The translations under genes were made by a program, and so were the position numbers. Below the pieces are notes generated by a model. That model did not search any database, had not been told where the DNA came from, and saw nothing but the letters and a program-made list of their open reading frames with translations. Below are positions 13,176-26,229 of a stretch of DNA of 64,000 nucleotides, piece by piece. Each line of letters opens with the position of its first letter. The first letter of the stretch is position 1. The stretch is taken from positions 34,968,001 through 35,032,000 of the forward strand of contig OX597816.1 of assembly GCA_951406725.2 (NCBI GenBank), given 5' to 3'. This stretch comes from Octopus vulgaris. Taxonomy: Eukaryota.

Positions 13176-13226
13176 TGATAAAACTCCGAGTTTCGGATGC
13201 AGAGGTGGAAATCTCTTCAGTTATCA
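13176..13226 (-). ncRNA. Type I hammerhead ribozyme-like motif
   Basis: UGAUAA-CUGAAGA-GAU..AUCC-GAAAC-UCGGA-GUU-UUAUCA: perfect 6-bp stem I, intact core, near-palindromic stem III, GUU site. Confidence 0.7.
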
Positions 13227-14014
13227 GGCCATCGGAAAATGCTATGAAAAATGACCGTTATACAAAAGAAAATTACTGTGTCATTGACCCTTATTAAGAG
13301 AAAAGTGCTATTCGAATGACCTCTATATAAGGGGGTAAAAAATGTCATAGTATTCGCGTAAGCGCGCCTGTTCATACCTACACATGTTCATCCCCACACC
13401 CACGTACGTGCGCCTAAAGTATGCATTCCTCCACCCTCACTTGAAAACATACACATGCTCACTCTCATCTTTCGCCAAATATTTATGTATATACATACAT
13501 ACAAACTCGCACACACACGTGCACCATAAATTATCATTGTCGTTGTTTTCACATGATGGTTACTATTTAATACCCTTGATTATATAATTGTTCAGTTTAT
13601 TATATGAAATAATATAACATATATATTGTGAAACTATCTAAACTTTAAATAATAAATACAAAATGCAAAAAATATGAAACAGCCTCAACTGTATCGCAGG
13701 CGATTCACTCGTATAATATAAAATATTGATAAACGAAACAGATGATAAGATCAATTTAATTTCTACTTATTTAACTCATTTTTTAAGTGTATCTGTGTAT
13801 GGACATATATTTATAAATATTCCATATTCATTACGCATGTATAAGCAAGTATCTCTCACTTTCTCTCTTTCTCTTTCTCTCCCTCTCTCTCTCTTTATTC
13901 ATATGTATATATAGATATATATAAATAATTAAATATGGGTAAAAATCGATATTAATCAATTAAAACCAGTGGCCTAGCATATTTTAAAAAAAATCTGAAG
14001 ATTAAAAATTATTT

Positions 14015-14297
14015 TACATACAAAATTTAGAGGACTGACCACTAAAAATGGACAGCCTATATGCTAGATATAGACGTCAAAATCGCCATTTTCCAAAAAT
14101 AATATTTTGTCAAGAAAAACGATTAATCGTTTTTTTTTTTTATTTCGTATATTTTCATTGTCTTGCATATTTTTACACTTTGGCTTTTGCTGAGTTTTTT
14201 CTTGAAAACACATTTTCGTGGAAAATGGCGATTTTGACGTCTACATCTAGCGTATAGGCTGTCTATTTTTAGTGATCAGCCCTCTAAATTTTGTGTA
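14015..14297. repeat. Long inverted repeat (~80-100-bp arms, ~75-bp spacer)
   Basis: CAAAATTTAGAGGACTGACCACTAAAAATGGACAGCCTAT..GACGTCAAAATCGCCATTTTCCA is mirrored at 14219-14293. Confidence 0.9.
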
Positions 14298-14308
14298 CAT
14301 ACACACTT

Positions 14309-14403
<95 letters not shown>

Positions 14404-14729
14404 TATGTATGTATGTATGTATGTGGAGATTGGGAGCGATCTTTTTAGGTAGTCTGTTTTGTTTTTATGTGTGAATGTATACATACAATGTGACTCTATG
14501 TCAATATGTGTCTATATACGTGCATGTGTATATACAGGGTCGTAAATTTATATATTTGAGTAGGTCATATATATATATATATATATATATATGACCATCT
14601 CATCATATATTTGAGTTGGTGCGTGCGTGCATTTGCATATACCGATACATTAGAGACATTTTATGTTATCTAATATAATCTTGAACATGTTTATGATCTC
14701 TTGTCTTCGTACACGGGCTTAGGCAAGTG

Positions 14730-15330
14730 GGGTAAATCTCATAATACTGAGTGTCCACCCTGTCTCGGCGGGCAGTCACTGGAACATGCTTTGAGTTCTG
14801 CAGGGTAGTTGCAACCAAAGGAGGCTTTAAATGGAAGTACAATCAAGTGCTTAAGGAGATTGCACACGTGATAAGTACAGCTATAGTAAAACCAGAGACT
14901 CCAGTAATATTTTGCGCAATAAGTCATATCCAAGAAAGGTTATCCATACCAGACACGGGAACGTAGTCTCATTGATGGTACTGATGGCTAGGGGTGCACA
15001 GCAGAACTGCCTGCAGCAAAACAGCAAGAAAACATCAGGAAGTGTGGCTGGATGCCGGATATCACACTCCATTCTAGTTCATCAAAGCAAATAATAGAGG
15101 TTAATTCACCGAGCCGTTTCAAAGTGGATTAAAAAGGAATCACACTTGTTGAAGATCGGAAAACAAGCCCTTCTGACCAGCAGCCCGAGGGAAGCCAAGT
15201 ACTGGCTCAAAGCTCTTACCATATACGTTTCAACCAGAGGTTGTGTGGAATAATCTGCTTATGATTTAATGAAACGACTCCGAGTCTCCAGGAAGAACAG
15301 AACTAAAACCATAAGGGAAATCCCGGACGA
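14730..15330 (+). mobile_element. HERO-like RLE non-LTR retrotransposon 3' remnant
   Basis: ECPPCLGGQSLEHALSS/CRVVATKGGFKWKYNQVLKEIA corresponds to the CCHC knuckle plus 'RY.WRHNQVL'. Downstream TRG.V resembles EVGARG. Confidence 0.7.
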
Positions 15331-17479
15331 CAAGGTGGGTCTGTCTCAAACAGATAGTAATTTAATAAATCACAAAAGGCTACGTGGAGAGCGCATGCAG
15401 ATCATATTGTTACATCAAATGTGGGGTGTAATATTCTCCGTTTTACATATTTTCCATACTGTGGATGCTACAATTATTCTATGAATATAGTTTGTCTGAT
15501 TTTATGTGTTTAATCTCTTTGAGAACACGTACTGATATATAGTATTAGATTAAATATATCATATTACGAAAATCAAATTATTCCAGCTGTATTTCCTATA
15601 TACTCTGCGCAGATTCTTTATAGTTAAACAATCGAAACACTTTAACTTTCAAATATTGGATTGCGCGCCTGTTTATAAAAAAAGTTAATAATATTAAATT
15701 AATGATTTATCTTATTGTAAATAACTTCAATATGTCTCCATATTGTAAAGTCAGATTGTTTTGTTGTAACAGTAGCATAATATGTGTCTCTATTGCAGCG
15801 TATATATTTATCAGTTTAATTCATAACACAATATTGATCGTCTCCACTTATTGGGAAAAGAAAGATTTTATTTCATCCTGCAATATAATGTGGAGACAAT
15901 TCAAAATTAAATGCTTTTCTTTTTTTTTTCTTTTAGAAAACAATATTTTTGTGACAAACACAAACACACCCACAGATAAAAAAAAATCTTCGTAGCTATA
16001 AAATTTGTCCATCTCTATCGTAAAACACTCAATATATCTAACATGTATCCAAAAAAGAAATGATATATAAAAGATACACTGCCCAAGATACGAAGCCAAA
16101 CTTTGATTTTTCAATTTGTGTGTTTGTTTTATCCAAACATATAATGAATGGAAACATATAATGAATAGAAATATAAACACACTTCTTGGAATGTATGAAT
16201 AGTAAGATTTCATCTGCCATTGCTTTGGTTCTAGCAAGTATATACAGCATTAAATGCTGTATATTGCATCGATTTAGTAAGTGCAGGGTACACGTTTTCG
16301 TAACTATGTACGATTGTGAACGAAACCGTATATGGTGTCTGAAATAAATGAATTCTAAACATTTGTTGTAAAGGTTAAACTGCCAACCATATCTTTCCAG
16401 AATATCTTACAAGAACAAAGTTACACTGAGCCGTGTACTTAACAAAATATATCTATCAATGGTGTTTCTCAGAATGATATTGATTTAAGTTTTCTGAATC
16501 TGGGCTGAAGTAAAGGAAATGAACAACAGCATCTTTAACATTTTAGATAATTAACTCAGAACTGTACAACGTTTGTGTCTGTGCGCCAGAATGTCTGCCT
16601 CCTCGCTATAATATAAGTACAGCAACACATAAAATACAAGGTATGCCCGAAATAAAGACATGTGATTGATAAAATGTTTTGACTACAAAGTTTACATTAT
16701 TTACAGTGGACAGGTTGATACAAAGTTTGTGTTGCTCCAGGGAGAGGTAGCATAAAATGGATAGATAAACAATTACTAAAATATCATTATTCGTATACAA
16801 TTAGTACAAAACAGGGATACGTACAGAGGAAAAAGAACCATTTCAGTACTGAACATTACGTCTGTAACCTTTCCAGCATATAAATGTGTTTATATTTCCA
16901 CTCCGTATACGTTGGAATAAAACAAACACACAAACGGAAAACGTAAAATTTGGTTCAATATTTTGAATATTGTATTTCCTATATCTGTCAGTTCTATTTT
17001 GAATACAGTCTACATTTCTTGAATGTCTATCCAAAGCGCTGATAAATTTTATCGTTCCGAAGATATTAAATTATTCTTATCTGTTGATGTGATTTTTCCG
17101 TTGTCAAAAACATACTGTTTTCAAAGCAATTTAAGAAAACATTTAATTTCAAATTGTCTCAATGATATTGCAGACGGCAAAAATAATTCACCGATTATTT
17201 TTCTTTCTCTGCTGTCAAGAAAACTGAATATTAATTATAGGTCTCTTGATATACAAAATATGAAAATGAAACCCATTTATTACTTTTTCTTCAGGATTTT
17301 ATGATTATGTATTCATAGACTTTCATTACATTTCCTTCCCAAAAATCAGCTGATATGTAACAAGACAAAACATACTAATATATATGTTTTGCGAAAGCTC
17401 TACTAGAAAAGTTAGAAAACTCGTAAACTTTCTACAAATTAAATCATTGTTTATGCCTAATTTCCAACGAATTTACATT

Positions 17480-18330
17480 TAGATTATTTTCTCGACTGCT
17501 GAAGCAGAAGAACATCGGGAGCCAAGTTCCAGAGATAGTTCGCATTAATTTAAAAGTCGCAACTGTCTTAATACGTCTGAGCTTATATGATGATGAAAGC
17601 TTTCATACCGTTTTTCAGTTGTGTGACCAAGAGTTTCAGGGAATTTATCAACTTGAATTTGATGCTTTATGCTCATATTTGCTCCAAACTGTTTGACGTT
17701 CATCAGCATGTTCTTCACTGTTTTGTTGCTTTCTTGTTGACCAGAACGTAATTTACAACTATTATAACTGAATTACATGCTTCTGCGTTGATTTCATTAA
17801 TTTAACTCTCAAGGTTCCCATCTTCTATTAGTCATCTGGTTTAGGACCTAACAAATACACCAGTTTTTATCATCTCAGACCGGCAAATACGCTGCATGGT
17901 CCATCTTTAAGGACGGTCCATAAATATGGATATGGCATCTACTGGTTGTACTAAAGTCTCTTCAATGAAAATACCCTAGAACTAATGTACGCTGCGGCCA
18001 TACTTTGATAACCCAATATTTTCCCTAGCTCTGGTGCCCCACATGGATGCTTGGTAGGTCCACTTTGTTGTCTGATGAGAAAATTGTTCATCTTCAAATC
18101 CAGGCATTTCACCAACTGAAGATTGAAGGTTTTCGTTATCTCGAAATCGAAAGGTGACGGTGAAAAGTGGATTACAGTTCAACGTATCAAAGATCATTCC
18201 ATCTCCGTAAAAATGTCCTTACAACAAAATATCAAGTTTTTGTATTATGTAAGAAAAGAGCTGAATAATCCGAACGAGTTCTATTGTATAACTGTGAAAT
18301 TGCTTCTAAAATAAAGAAATCCTAATATAC
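17480..18330 (-). mobile_element. Highly decayed mariner-like remnant
   Basis: Faint YSPDLAP-like (~17515-17540) and WVP-like (~18035) motifs in the correct order. Confidence 0.35.
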
Positions 18331-19069
18331 ATACCCGAAATGTATCTGTGAAAACTAGGCATTGAAGTTTCTGCATTCGCGGATGCAAATTAAAGGGTAG
18401 GGTAGCAATGTGTTTGCGCCGAAAATTACTTCTTTCTAATCACTAATGTTTGCACTTCTCTCCTACTTCAAATTTATTTTTCTAATTCGAATGAATACCA
18501 GATGTATTTTCCTCTTTTGGACCATACACCCAGATATTATTCATATATATAATAAAATGTAGTAATTTGTACATACCTAACTAGCATGTTCATATATCTG
18601 CCTATCTTGTTTATAAAATTAGCTATCTACGTGTATGTCTGTCTGCCTATAGATCTCTCTCTCTCCCTTTCTCTCTCTCTCTCTCCCTTTCTCTCTCTCT
18701 CTCTCCCTTTCTCTATCTCTCTCTCCCTTTCTCTCTCTCTCTCTCTTTCTCTCTAACTATCAATTTATATCCATCATTCTGTCTACATATGGGCGTGTGT
18801 GTGTGTGCAATTCATTTCTGTACTACATCAGCTAGTTTTATCTTTTATAGCTACTGCCCTATATATACTGTTTATGTAATGCTATATATCCAAATAAAGC
18901 TGCTTTTCAAACACTGTCAAAGTTCTGCAAAATGTCGCAGCCCTGAGATTCACAATTTGAATGTTTTAATTTTGGCATTTCAGCCAAAATTATTTTACGG
19001 TGACGCAATTTATATATACTTGCATAGTAATAATGTATATGTGCTCTGCTGTGCAAGCATGGTATACAT

Positions 19070-19138
<69 letters not shown>

Positions 19139-19929
19139 AACATGGTATTGCTTAACTGAAACTAAAACTTCGCGGATCAAGCATAGCATGCCTCAAAATT
19201 TTGAAAATGTATTTGAAGGGTAAAACATTATCCTGAATAAATTATAAGATACGGTACATTAACTCAGAAGTGAAACATAAGTATGAAGCAAATATTCTCC
19301 AGAAGAATATTTTCTAATAATTTAACTTATCAAACACAAACTATGAAATCATTTATTTTAGTATTTCCTACTCTCAGTAGATCATAATTAAATCTACCTT
19401 TCCACTTCAACTGCAGCATTGTTCGGTTTCCACAATTTTCCTTGCACTTTTATGAGCTTAGTTAATTAAAAATATTTTCCCACCTTACCTTGTTTCTTTT
19501 TTCTTCCTGCCAGTTTACCTTTTCTACAGGCAACAATGTATTTTAGTTGGTAAATATATTAATAAATTTACCCTGAACAATATTTAATAAATTTACATAT
19601 GAAATTATAATTTTATGTAAAATTCCATGATAATCAAATTCATGAGTAAAACAAGATTAGATTAAATGTATATCTAAATAAATCTAATGCAGTTAATATT
19701 GAAGTAGAAGTATCTCAACAAGTGAAGTGAGAGAGAGAGACATGGACGTATGAAGGGACGTCAGTGGAACGGAAGAATAAATAATGATAAACCCGATGCT
19801 GAGTGAGCAAATGAGCAAGAAGCTGTTTAATGACACTTTGAAAGACACATGCAATGAAGCCATAGAAACGTTTGCAATATTTTCTCCTGAAATTGATATT
19901 ACTCGGTATGCATAAACAATTATTCATTA

Positions 19930-19980
19930 CTATCTGAATTAGCCGGCGTTGCCCAGGTTACTGTTGCTCTTATTCAGATT

Positions 19981-20023
<43 letters not shown>

Positions 20024-23000
20024 TCATCGTCATCATGGTTCGGCTTCGTAAACGAAGATCAGGAAGGCCGTCCACGTCACATGTATGTACGCTCATGACT
20101 GACAAGTCCGATATGGGAAAGGTATGTCCGTGAGCAGTGTCCACAGACGAAGGTAACATCCGGTGTGATGTCAGAGGCGGCTTGCGCCTCCCTCCTGCGT
20201 CTCTTTTCGTTGAGCGCATCTCTTCTTTGTTCCTCAAACTTGCTGACTGCGTTGAAGATCGTGTGGCGCCAGACATCACGGTCCGCTGACAAGTCTGACC
20301 AGCATTGGTGGTTAATATAACATGCTGTTAGAGACGTCTTCAGGCAGTCTTTGTAGCGCTTCCTCGGAGCTCCTCTCACACGGTGGCCGGTGGAGAGTTC
20401 GCCAAACAGGGCAATCTTAGGAAGGCGATGGTTCTCCATTCTGGAGACATGCCCTGCCCATTGGAGTTAGGACTCCAGTAGCCTTGCTTCAATGCTGGGG
20501 ATCTCGGCCCGCTCCAAGACTTCAATGTTTGTAACGAAGTCACACCCGTTTATGTTGAGTATGGTGCTGAGACATCGCTGGTGAAAGCGCTCGAGGAGAC
20601 GGATGTGAATGCACTAAGTGATACAGGTCTCTGAGCCATAGAGAAGAGTGGTGAGAACCATGGCCCTGTAGACACTTATCTTTGCTTTGTTCTTCAGGTT
20701 AGTATTGTGCCAAACACGTTTGTACAATCTGCCAAAGGACCTATTTGCCTTAGAGAGGTTATTTTCAATTTCTTTGTCGACCCTTGCATCGGATGAGATA
20801 ATGCAGCCCAGGTATGTAAACTGCTGTGTTGAATTCAGTTCGGTACCACACATAGTGATGTGGGGTGGCCGGTATTCCTCTTGGGGTGTAGGTTGGTGAA
20901 GTACCTCCGTCTTCTTGAGGCTGACCTCCAGGCCAAAGAGCCGCTAGGTGTCTACAAAGCAGGACGTGATGCGCTGCAAAGCTCGCTCTGTGTGGGCGAC
21001 AAGGATAGCGTCGTCTGCAAAGAGAAGGTTTCGGATCAGCCTCTCCTGGGACTTGGTGTGGACTTCGAGGCGCCGTAGATAGAAGAGGTCGCCATCCAGA
21101 CAATACCTGACATACACCCCATCCTCATCCTCCATATCATCAGTTGCATGCTTGATCATCATGCTGAAGAAGATGCTGAATAGAGTCGGTGCCAGGACAC
21201 AACCCCGCTTCACGCCGTTGGAGTTGGGGAAGGGCTCCGACAGGTCACCGTTGAGTCAGATCTGACCACGCTGATTGTCGTGCAGCTGGATCACCATCTG
21301 TAGAAACTTGGTGGGACAGCCAAGTCATTCCAGGATGAGCCATAGTCCTGTCCTGCTCACTGTGTCAAATGCTCTTGTGAAACAAAAGTAGCATAGAGTC
21401 CTCTGTTTTGTTCTCGGCACTTCTGGAGTTGGCGGAGGACGAACACACCATATATGTCGTGCCTCTGTTGGCTCTGAATCCACACTGGCACTCGGGGAGG
21501 TTTTCTTCAGCGATGGTTGGTACTAGCAGGATCTTTGCAAGTACTTTGTCGGCGATTGAAAGTAGGGTGATTCCACGGTAGTTGGAACAGTCAGAATTTT
21601 CCCCTTTGTTCTTGTACATGGTTATGATGACGGCGTCACGAAGGTCTTGTGGCAGGTTGCTCTGCTCCCAGTAGCAAACATGAAAATCATGCAGCTTTTC
21701 ATGGAGCATCGGGCCTTCATTCTTCCAGATATCTGGTGGAATGCCGTCAATTCCTCGTGCTTTGCGACTCTTGAGTTGTCCTATGGCTTCAATCGTTTCT
21801 TCGAGGGTGGGTGGTTCGTTGAGCACCTCTTTGAGTGGAAGTAGAGGAATGCGATGGATGGCAGCGTCCTGTACAGTACGGTTAGCACTGAAGAGCTTTG
21901 GAAGTGCTCGGACCAGCGAGAGAGGATGGAAGTGTTATCAGTGAGGAGGTCCTGTCCATCTGAACTGTGCAGGGGACTCTGGACCAGGTGGGTGGGGCCG
22001 TACACTGCTTTAAGAACCTCATAGTAGCATCTATAGTCTCCGAGGTCAGCGCACAGCTGGGTTCTCCACGCCAGGTGGTCCCACCACTCGTTCTGTATTT
22101 CTCTGAGTTTTCGCTGTAGGGTGCTGCATGCGTGTCGAAAGGTAATTTTCTTTATAGGACAGGCTGATTGTGCGAGATGGGCCTGATGAGCCGCCCTCTT
22201 CCTTGCTAGTAATTCCTGGATCTCCTTGTCATTTTCATCCTTGCTTTTCTTCTTTGTGTGTCCGACAACTTCCATAGATGTCTTAAGGATGGCTGATTTC
22301 AGGTTCTCCCACAAGGTATCTGGGGTGGTGTCATCAGTGCAGGGGGATTCGTCTAGTCTTTGCTGCAGGTTTGCTTGAAACTTGATTTTCACTTCATCCC
22401 GGCACAAGCTGTCGACATTGAGTTGCTTTACGGGGTTAGCTTTCTTGTTGGGTTTGGGTTTGAACTGCAGTTTGAGCCTGCAGCAGACTAGGCGATGGTC
22501 GGTGTGGCTCTCTGCACTGGGCATCACTCTTGTGTGTAGAACATTCTTCAGGTCCCGCTGGCGCATAAGCACATAGTCAAGTAGATGCCAATGTTTGGAC
22601 AGGGGATGCATCCAAGTTGTTTTCAGACGGTCTTTCTGTTGGAAGATTGTGTTGGTAATAGCAAGCTGGTGCTCTGTGCAGAATTCGAGCTGTGGATGCC
22701 TGTTTTTATTACAGCCACCAATGCTGTGTCTTGCAAGGACTCCTTTCCAAGCCTCAGAGTCTCTCCCAACTCTTGCATTGAAGTCGTCAAGGATCAGGAC
22801 CTTGTCGTTTGCAGGGGTGTTTTTCAAGAGTCTGCACAGATGAGAATAGAAGCTGTCTTTGTCCGCAGGATCTGCCAGTAGAGTTGGAGCATAAACACTG
22901 AAGAGCGTGAGATGTTGTTTATTTTACAGCCGACACACGTTTTTCAGATAATGGTTTTCCGGACCAGAAGAGGGTGTAGCCAGCGCCCCGTTCTTTGAGG

Positions 23001-23773
23001 CTGCCCTCGTCAGCGAAGCGGACCTCGCAGAGAACTGCTATGTCGATGTTGAGACGGGAAAGTTCATGAGCTATGGCAGCCGGACGACGTTCCGGGTGGC
23101 TGCTGTCAGCCTTGTCAAACATGGTCCTCACATTCCAGCAGGCAACTTTCAACTCCTGCTTATTTATATTCGGTTTTGTTTCCATGTTTGTTCGACCACT
23201 CTGAAGATGCCTGTTGACCGCGGCTAGCCAACTGGGTATAGAGGAGACGAGCTTTGTTTAGGCGACCCTTTTCTACCGCCCCTATCGATGTGGAGCAGAC
23301 AGCGTTCTCCCTAAATAGGGCTGCTCCGAGTCGACAACCAGGTGACCAAATTCGTGAGCCGCGTACATGTAGGGTTGAGACTACGGCTTCTAGTGACATC
23401 TTCCACCTGCCGCTTTCGCCCCTTTCCCATCGCTGCAAGCCTTTTAGGATGGCTTTTCTCAGAACGTCGACATATTCTTAGGCCTGCTCTAGGGAGTTTT
23501 TAAGGTGAAGTACAGTGCACGGAAACTGGCCCCACCCTTTAAGTGAGCTGGGACGGTGACAGCGAGAACCTCGGGCCGTAGTTTTGAAATCGGAATTATC
23601 CTGTCCTAGGAGGGTTGCCAACCATGGCTGACGAGCCCTTTCTGCTCGTGTCATCCAAACCATGGCGAAAGAGAGAAAAGCATCCATGGTTTTCTGTAGG
23701 CGTATACTACCCGGTTGCCTAGGCCGGAGTAGACGGTTAGCTTAGGAGACCCCGACCGGAGTCTTTGACTAAA

Positions 23774-23817
<44 letters not shown>

Positions 23818-24637
23818 CATGATTATTTCAAAATATGTATATTTCATTTTAAAAGATCCAAGTTGTAGTGATAATAGAATTGGGAACTGAAAAATTGTCA
23901 CTTTTGAAACACCGCAGGGTAACCAATGTTCATTGTGTAATTTTTTGTTTACATCCAAATGCAAAAATTGTTGCTGCTTACAACACTTGAGCAACCACAA
24001 AAGAGCTGTGTCCGCAGGAGAAGTGTGTAGTAGAAACATGAAGACCAACTTCCTTGAGGAATTAATCCTGAGATTTGGTAATTGGAATACCAAATCTTAG
24101 CTTGACAGGTAACTAAGGCCTCTTAAATTCAAATGGAACATCTGTAGGTATCAGAGGAAATTTTGGAATAAAGACATCTTCCTCTTTGTGACTACCTCTT
24201 ATGATTGTTGCCTGTTGGACATGGGGCGTCGTGGATGTCATAATTAAGTGAGATCCATTACACAGGCGAGGTGGGTCAATATTCCTAAGCAACATAATGG
24301 GAACATCCAGCTTTTGTATTAAGTTATGCGGTTGTATCCCGTGTTTAAGTGTGTCCGGAAATTCAAGAGGGTATTGAACAACCTGATCATGATCGAGTGT
24401 CGTTTGAATTGATGGAAAATCACTTCGGATGTACCTGTTAACTTTTGAAGTTCATGATTGGTTATCAAACGTTTCTGTAGTTGGAGCCAGTACAGCTCTT
24501 TGACATAGCCCGGTTGCATCAGTACAATTGGCAACCACGTATACATTCACACTTACACACATACACTCTGACATAAACTCACATACATATACTAAGACAC
24601 AACCAGACATACATTTACGTAACGAACACTCAAAATA

Positions 24638-24669
<32 letters not shown>

Positions 24670-25230
24670 GACACATATACGCTCATATACAAAATATGTC
24701 GTCTTCGTCGTCGTATAAAAAATCCTTTACTTTGTAGAACGTAACGAACGCACAAACAATTACACTCACAGATACATATACACACATAAAGAAAACATGT
24801 CGTGGTGGTGGTAGAATATGTCATTTACTATCTCGAAAATACATACACACTCATATACAAATGATATACACATACACACTGATACACACTGATAGACACA
24901 TACACACTCATATAAAAAATGTGCCGTCGTCCTCGTCGTGGGTAAAATGTCGTTTACTCTCTCGTACGTAATGAACGCGCAAACACACACACACACACAC
25001 ACTGGAACCCATATACACATTCATGTGCAAAATGCGTCTCGTCGTCGTGGTATACAATGTCCTTTAGTGTAGCTGAATATAAAACCACTATTTTCGAGAA
25101 AATTCTATATTGGTTCATTCTAAATAAAAAAAAAATAATTACCTTGTAAAATTTGATTTGATTTGTTGGAGCCGTTTGAGACAGACAGACAGACAGATTG
25201 ACCGACAGACAGAATTTTTATATAGAGAGA
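19930..25230 (-). mobile_element. Non-autonomous Helitron with PIF1 helicase fragment, interrupted by an RTE LINE
   Basis: 5' end A|TCTCTCTATATAAAAA+(TCTG)n at 25230. Helicase MLLRNIDPPRLCNGS..VFIPKFPLIPTDVPFEFKR at 24113-24295. 3' hairpin CTGGGCAACGCCGG..CAGATAG|T at 19930-19957 (CTAG variant). Confidence 0.8.
20021..23776 (-). mobile_element. Near full-length RTE-clade LINE (APE + RT + C2H2-like end), inactivated
   Basis: WNVRT..LCEVRF (22919-23185), DFNARVG..WHLLDY..TDHRLV (21781-22827), NYRGITLLS, KRGCVLAP..LFADD, FTYLG, FVCGHCSR. ~600-bp 5' UTR and (ATG)n tail. Multiple frameshifts and stops. (TA)n on both flanks. Confidence 0.95.
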
Positions 25231-26155
25231 TTATAATCGGCCAGTTAAAAATAAATACATTTGAATTAGATAATTATTATTTGATTAGTGCATTTTTCTC
25301 TAATTAGTTGAGAATCGAAAATTTGAAGTCGTGGATCTACATTTGACTATTGCTAATGAACCAATAATATTAAGGTAAGATCGATCTGATTGAATTCGAA
25401 TTCCTTAAGTATTGCTGCAATGGGAGTGGATTAATGTTCTCTTTCAACCAAGTCCAAATATACACTAAACATTCGATGTCAGACAAACGTATTAACTCAT
25501 ATAAGTACCCGTATGTACGTACATCTGTATGCGTATGTGTGAGGAAGATATTTATTGCAATAAAAGCGAATTTTACCATTTTATATTTTTTCTGTCAGAG
25601 TTAATTCTAAAATAATATAGTTTTCAGCTAAGAGATATTTCAATCGATCAAAAAGCAAATCGTTTCTGGTACAGAAGTAAAGGTGAACTATTTAGGAAAA
25701 GGTTATGTATGTTGTTGCTATAATGTTTTCAGACGCGAAGAAATTAATTCTTATTTTAAAGAGAAAACTAATATATTTTCTATTTCCCATTAACTGAAAT
25801 TAAAACGTCTCAACGAAAATGGTATTCGTAATGATTTACTCACTCATAAAAAAAAAACAACGAACACAAATGTACGCAAATACACGCAGATATCACGATA
25901 ATTTTTCTGTTTATTGTGAGATGATTAATCTCAACTACACACTAAAAAAGAAAAACTAAACAAAACTATTATTTAACAGCTGTGCGCCACTAATCAAATG
26001 TAACGTATCCCGGCTTGTTTTTGAGTTGACGTTTAATTTGAAATAAAAGGAAAATGTGATATATTCATAAATTTACATCTTAATTATTTACTCTACGAAA
26101 CAGCAGAGAAGTTCTACACTTGACTCTGATGCAAAGTAGTTAATGTTTTTAATAG

Positions 26156-26210
<55 letters not shown>

Positions 26211-26229
26211 TCTCTTTCTCTCAGCATAT

